Assembly (NCBI RefSeq): GCF_009834535.1
Contig: NC_045696.1
Location: 68,326,001-68,390,000 of the forward strand
Length of the DNA: 64,000 nucleotides
From: Camelus ferus
Taxonomy: Eukaryota
Reading direction: 5' to 3'
The position numbers and the translations under genes are program-made. Numbering within the stretch: position 1 is the first letter of the stretch; each line of letters opens with the position of its first letter. Positions 60,377 through 64,000 of this stretch are shown here, in pieces. Under the pieces are notes generated by a model, which searched no databases, had not been told where the DNA came from, and worked only from the letters and a program-made list of their open reading frames with translations.

Positions 60377-63169
60377 GCTAGCAGTCAACTAGATAAAGTT
60401 CAGGAGACTTGAAAACTCAGAAGTTGTACTCCATCACCCGCCAATCATCCATCATGGGGCCACTTCTACCAAGTCATAGAGTATGTGGAGTTTCAGTGAC
60501 CAGTGTTTCCCTTTCCTCTTGGAGAACTTCATTTTACAGAAGTGCCATGTGACTGTGTCACCTGACAGTGGCTGTACTGATGTGGGGATCTTCCTTTAGA
60601 TTGTAAGGCCATCATATTACCTTGATCCTCCAAGGATTAATATTATCAAATAGCTTGGGCTCGGGCAGGCAGTATTCCTGTTCTGGCTGAGACATCAGGA
60701 GGTGTCAGAGATATACCCACAGAGAATGAGGACTAGGAACAGGTCCCAGAGCCTCGTTGAGAGATTTCAAATCTGGGCTCAGCCACTCCACACAGGCTGA
60801 GCTCAAGCAAGCCGCTTAAGTTCCCCAGACCGCAGGCTTCCCTTCTGCAAGATATGAGTCACAGACAATTCCAGCTTTACCACCTCATGGCATGAAATAA
60901 CCAGTGTGAGAATTTTTCAAAGCAAATATTAGAACTCCGTGCAAACCGCTCAATACTTGCCATTACCTGGATTCCTGAGGACTGATTCCTGAAAAGATGA
61001 GTGGGCATGTCTAGGTGAACATTTCACCTGAGCCCTGCCCTTCACCAAGAGAGTGGAAGCAGGGTAGGGTTTGTTTTTTGTTTTTTGTTTTTTTGCCAGA
61101 TTTATGACATATAATTTCAGGAGCCATACTTGGGGCTCTGTTCATCCATCCACCAACACATCTTCTGAACACCTACTATGTGCAAGGTGTTGAATCTCAG
61201 ATTCTGTGGGGAGAATGGCTTGAATGCAATCCAGGTCTTGTCCCTAAGGTGCTCACACAGAATGGTGGGGGAGATCCCACCCACAGACCCCCCCCCCCCC
61301 GCCAAACCTCTAATACGACACAGAAAGGGATTTGTCAAACGAGAACCCCCTGGAATGAAATCAATCCACACGGCCTCGGCAGTCACTTCAGTTCTTTGGG
61401 CTTTAGTTTCCTCTTCTGCCAAAGAGGATAAGCACAGGGTGATTATGAGGGAAAAGATGGGATACGATTTTGTTGAGGTGCTTTCTAACCTGTGAATTGC
61501 CATCCGAGAGCCAGTGCCTTCTCCCCTGTCTCCTGCTCTCCCTCCTCCTCCTCCTCGTCCGTTCCCTTCCCTCAGCCCTGCCCTCTTGTCCCCCGCTTGC
61601 TGCAGCTCCCTTCCCCTGGTCTCTCTTTGCTTTGAGAGGAGCCCCGCTGTCCACCCCAGAGACATTCTCACAATTATCTGGATCTGGTTTGATCGTTAAA
61701 GTGGGTGGGAATCTTGATCCAACATGTTTCCTTGTCGTATCACATGATGGCTAAGAATTGCTAGTGAGCTAACCCTTTCCTGCCTTTGACATTTTTTCCC
61801 AGTTTGTTGCTACATGTCGGATGTGAAATGGAATCAGAGTGGATAAGGACCTTTATTTTCTGAGGGTTTAAAGACAATCAAGAGGAAAAAGTTGTTTGGA
61901 CACAAAATGTAAAATGCTCGATATTTCAAATCAGTTAGCATTTAGGAACCAGACACACCTACAACTTCTGATTTCAACCCTTTGTGCTCTTCTCCAGCCA
62001 AACACTGATTCCCTGGTATTTATGATAGAATTTCAAGACTGAAGGGGAAAGATCAGATTACCTGAGGTCCATTTTTTTCAGATGGTAAGCTAAGGCCCAG
62101 AAAGGAGAGGGATCTGACCAAGGTCATACACTGAATTCACAACAGAAAGTCTAGAACTTGGACCTCCTGATTGTCATTCCATTCTTGCCCTCTACCCCAC
62201 AGGGTAGCCTCTGGGTCTGGTGGGGTGGAGAGACACAGGCTCTTATTCTTTCTATAAGCACCCCCATCCCCCCACTTTCTCTCTTCCTCGGTTTGGACAT
62301 ACCCCCTTGCCTCACTCTCACAGCAAACACTCCTCCTTTCTGAGTCACACCTTCTGATAGCCAAGACTCTCAAGCCTTCAGGGCCATTCAAGACAAAGTC
62401 AGACTTGCATACAGCCAGGGATCCTGTGCCCTGTGCTCCACACTTCTGTTTCCATAGTAAGCACTGTCTCAATCTTCACAAAAATTGGTGAAGTGTCATT
62501 ATTCCGACCAATCTTAGAGATTAGCCAACTGAAGCTCAGAGAACTGTCTAACTTGCCCCAGGTCCCACCGCTAGAAAGTCGTATGACCGGGATTGACATC
62601 AGAGCTAGTGCCAGAGCTGGTAACTGCCTTATTGCCCCTTCAGCACAGCTCTGGCCAGGGGTTTCAGTCCAGACCAGGGGTAATTGAGTCTTAGCTTTTC
62701 TACTAGGACAGACAGTGCTGTGATCCTGGGCTCTGAAACATTTCCTTAACCACATACTAAGCAGTGAGAACTAGAGCAAGGTAATCTACTCCCCTCAGAC
62801 AGGTGAAGTAATAATGCCTCCTTAACAAGAATTGTGAAAGTTAAGGATTAGGGGAGATAACGTTTGAAAGAGCACCAGGAAGTCTGTGAAGGACCATGTA
62901 ACTATTTTGTTTCAATAAACAACTCATGCTTTTGTAATCCAAATGTTAATGATGATGTTATCTGTACTATTTGACTGTAGGCCTTCTCAAATATGTTGAT
63001 TAAATGGGTAGTTACAGATAGTAAGTGCATGAATAATTAAAATATTTCACTGGGCTTTTTCAATTTGACATCTTACCAAAAAAGTGGAAGTTGGTTTGTA
63101 GCTTACAAATGCATGTATCATTGTGCCAATCCTTACACATAAACAAAAAAAAAAGAAAAACATCACTGT

Positions 63170-63360
63170 TGTCATCTTAACAAACATTTATTGAGCACAT
63201 AATATGTGCCAGAAATCAGACTAAATATTCTAGTCCTCATCATCTCATTTAATTATCAAGAGGTAAGTATCATTATTGTCTCCATTTTACAGATGAGGAA
63301 ACTGAAGTCCAAAGCATCTAAGTAACTTGACTAAGGTCACACAACTGTTAAGTAAAAAAG
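63170..63360 (-). mobile_element. MIR SINE (one of roughly 30 or more MIR fragments in the window; not all are listed)
   Basis: 'aacatttattgagcacataatatgtgccag...tctccattttacagatgaggaaactgaagtcc...taagtaacttgactaaggtcacacaact'. Confidence 0.9.
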
Positions 63361-64000
63361 GCTAAAGAAGTTTTCAGACATATCCACGGTGTATTTAATA
63401 TTACTTTATACCACTTCTGTTAAAACAGAACTTTCCAGATGTCTTGCATGGCTTGCAGTCAAGGTCTCCAGCACAATAGAATGTAGGCGAAATGTTAAAA
63501 CATAAACTTGTGTGTGCACGTGTGTGTGTGTGTGTCACAAGGGATAGGCAACAGTCAGAAAACCATAAAAAATTCAAGCTAAAGAAAACCACTGTAACTG
63601 ACCACAGCTGGCAGCTCTGTACTTCTTCACGTGGAGAGACACTTGCACACTTACTAACTGATTCTTTAACCAGCAAATAACTGGGCACTTACTATGTGCA
63701 GACAGTGTTCACGTTTGGAGAATAGAGAACATATGGTCACAGAACCTCCTCCTTGGACCTCACAAACTCTTGGATAAATTGTCAGATAAATGCACTGAAA
63801 TTAGTATGTGTGTGTGGGTGTGTGTGTGTACTACTTAAGTAAATTGCTTCTGGGGTATGCTCAAAAGTTGGTTCTCATTCAGACTTCCCTTTTATACAAC
63901 TGCTTAAGGAAAGAAAGAAGGGAGAATGTCCGACTTCATGAAATATGATAGGATTTGGAGAAGAAGGCAGGCTACTTAAACTGGTCAAGACGTTGGGACA

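Noticed and set aside
61117..61671. 184-aa minus-strand ORF
   Set aside because: Built from a low-complexity CT tract, a poly-C run and MIR/L2 fragments.
1..64000. CRISPR arrays, operons, prophage, endogenous non-retroviral viral genes, known miRNAs or a nameable host gene
   Set aside because: Eukaryotic repeat-rich DNA. No spaced repeat array, long coding frame or recognisable mature miRNA was seen, and I could not assign the locus without a database search.

Overview
Mammalian, almost certainly camelid, genomic DNA: five copies of the tRNA-Ala-derived, camelid-restricted Vic-1-type SINE are present. I recognise no intact protein-coding gene, rRNA, true tRNA or known miRNA, and the ORF track looks like background. 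The window is intergenic or deep intronic and is dominated by transposon fossils: MIR, L2, L3/CR1, L1, MaLR/ERVL solo LTRs and hAT/Tigger elements, including a decayed hAT (Tip100/Zaphod-like) transposase at about 2.0-4.6 kb with nested younger insertions. The most notable non-repeat signal is a set of candidate interferon/inflammation-responsive modules between about 26.9 and 46.7 kb. These include a dense IRF/GAS/EICE cluster at 44375-44599 and an ARE/AP-1 + NF-kB + ISRE module at 33759-34560 around a textbook 66-nt exon. There are also several strong candidate splice sites, a 19-bp hairpin and small CpG-rich patches. Repeat family names come from recalled consensus sequences and boundaries are approximate. 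All regulatory and exon calls are motif-based hypotheses; no novel biological system is demonstrated.
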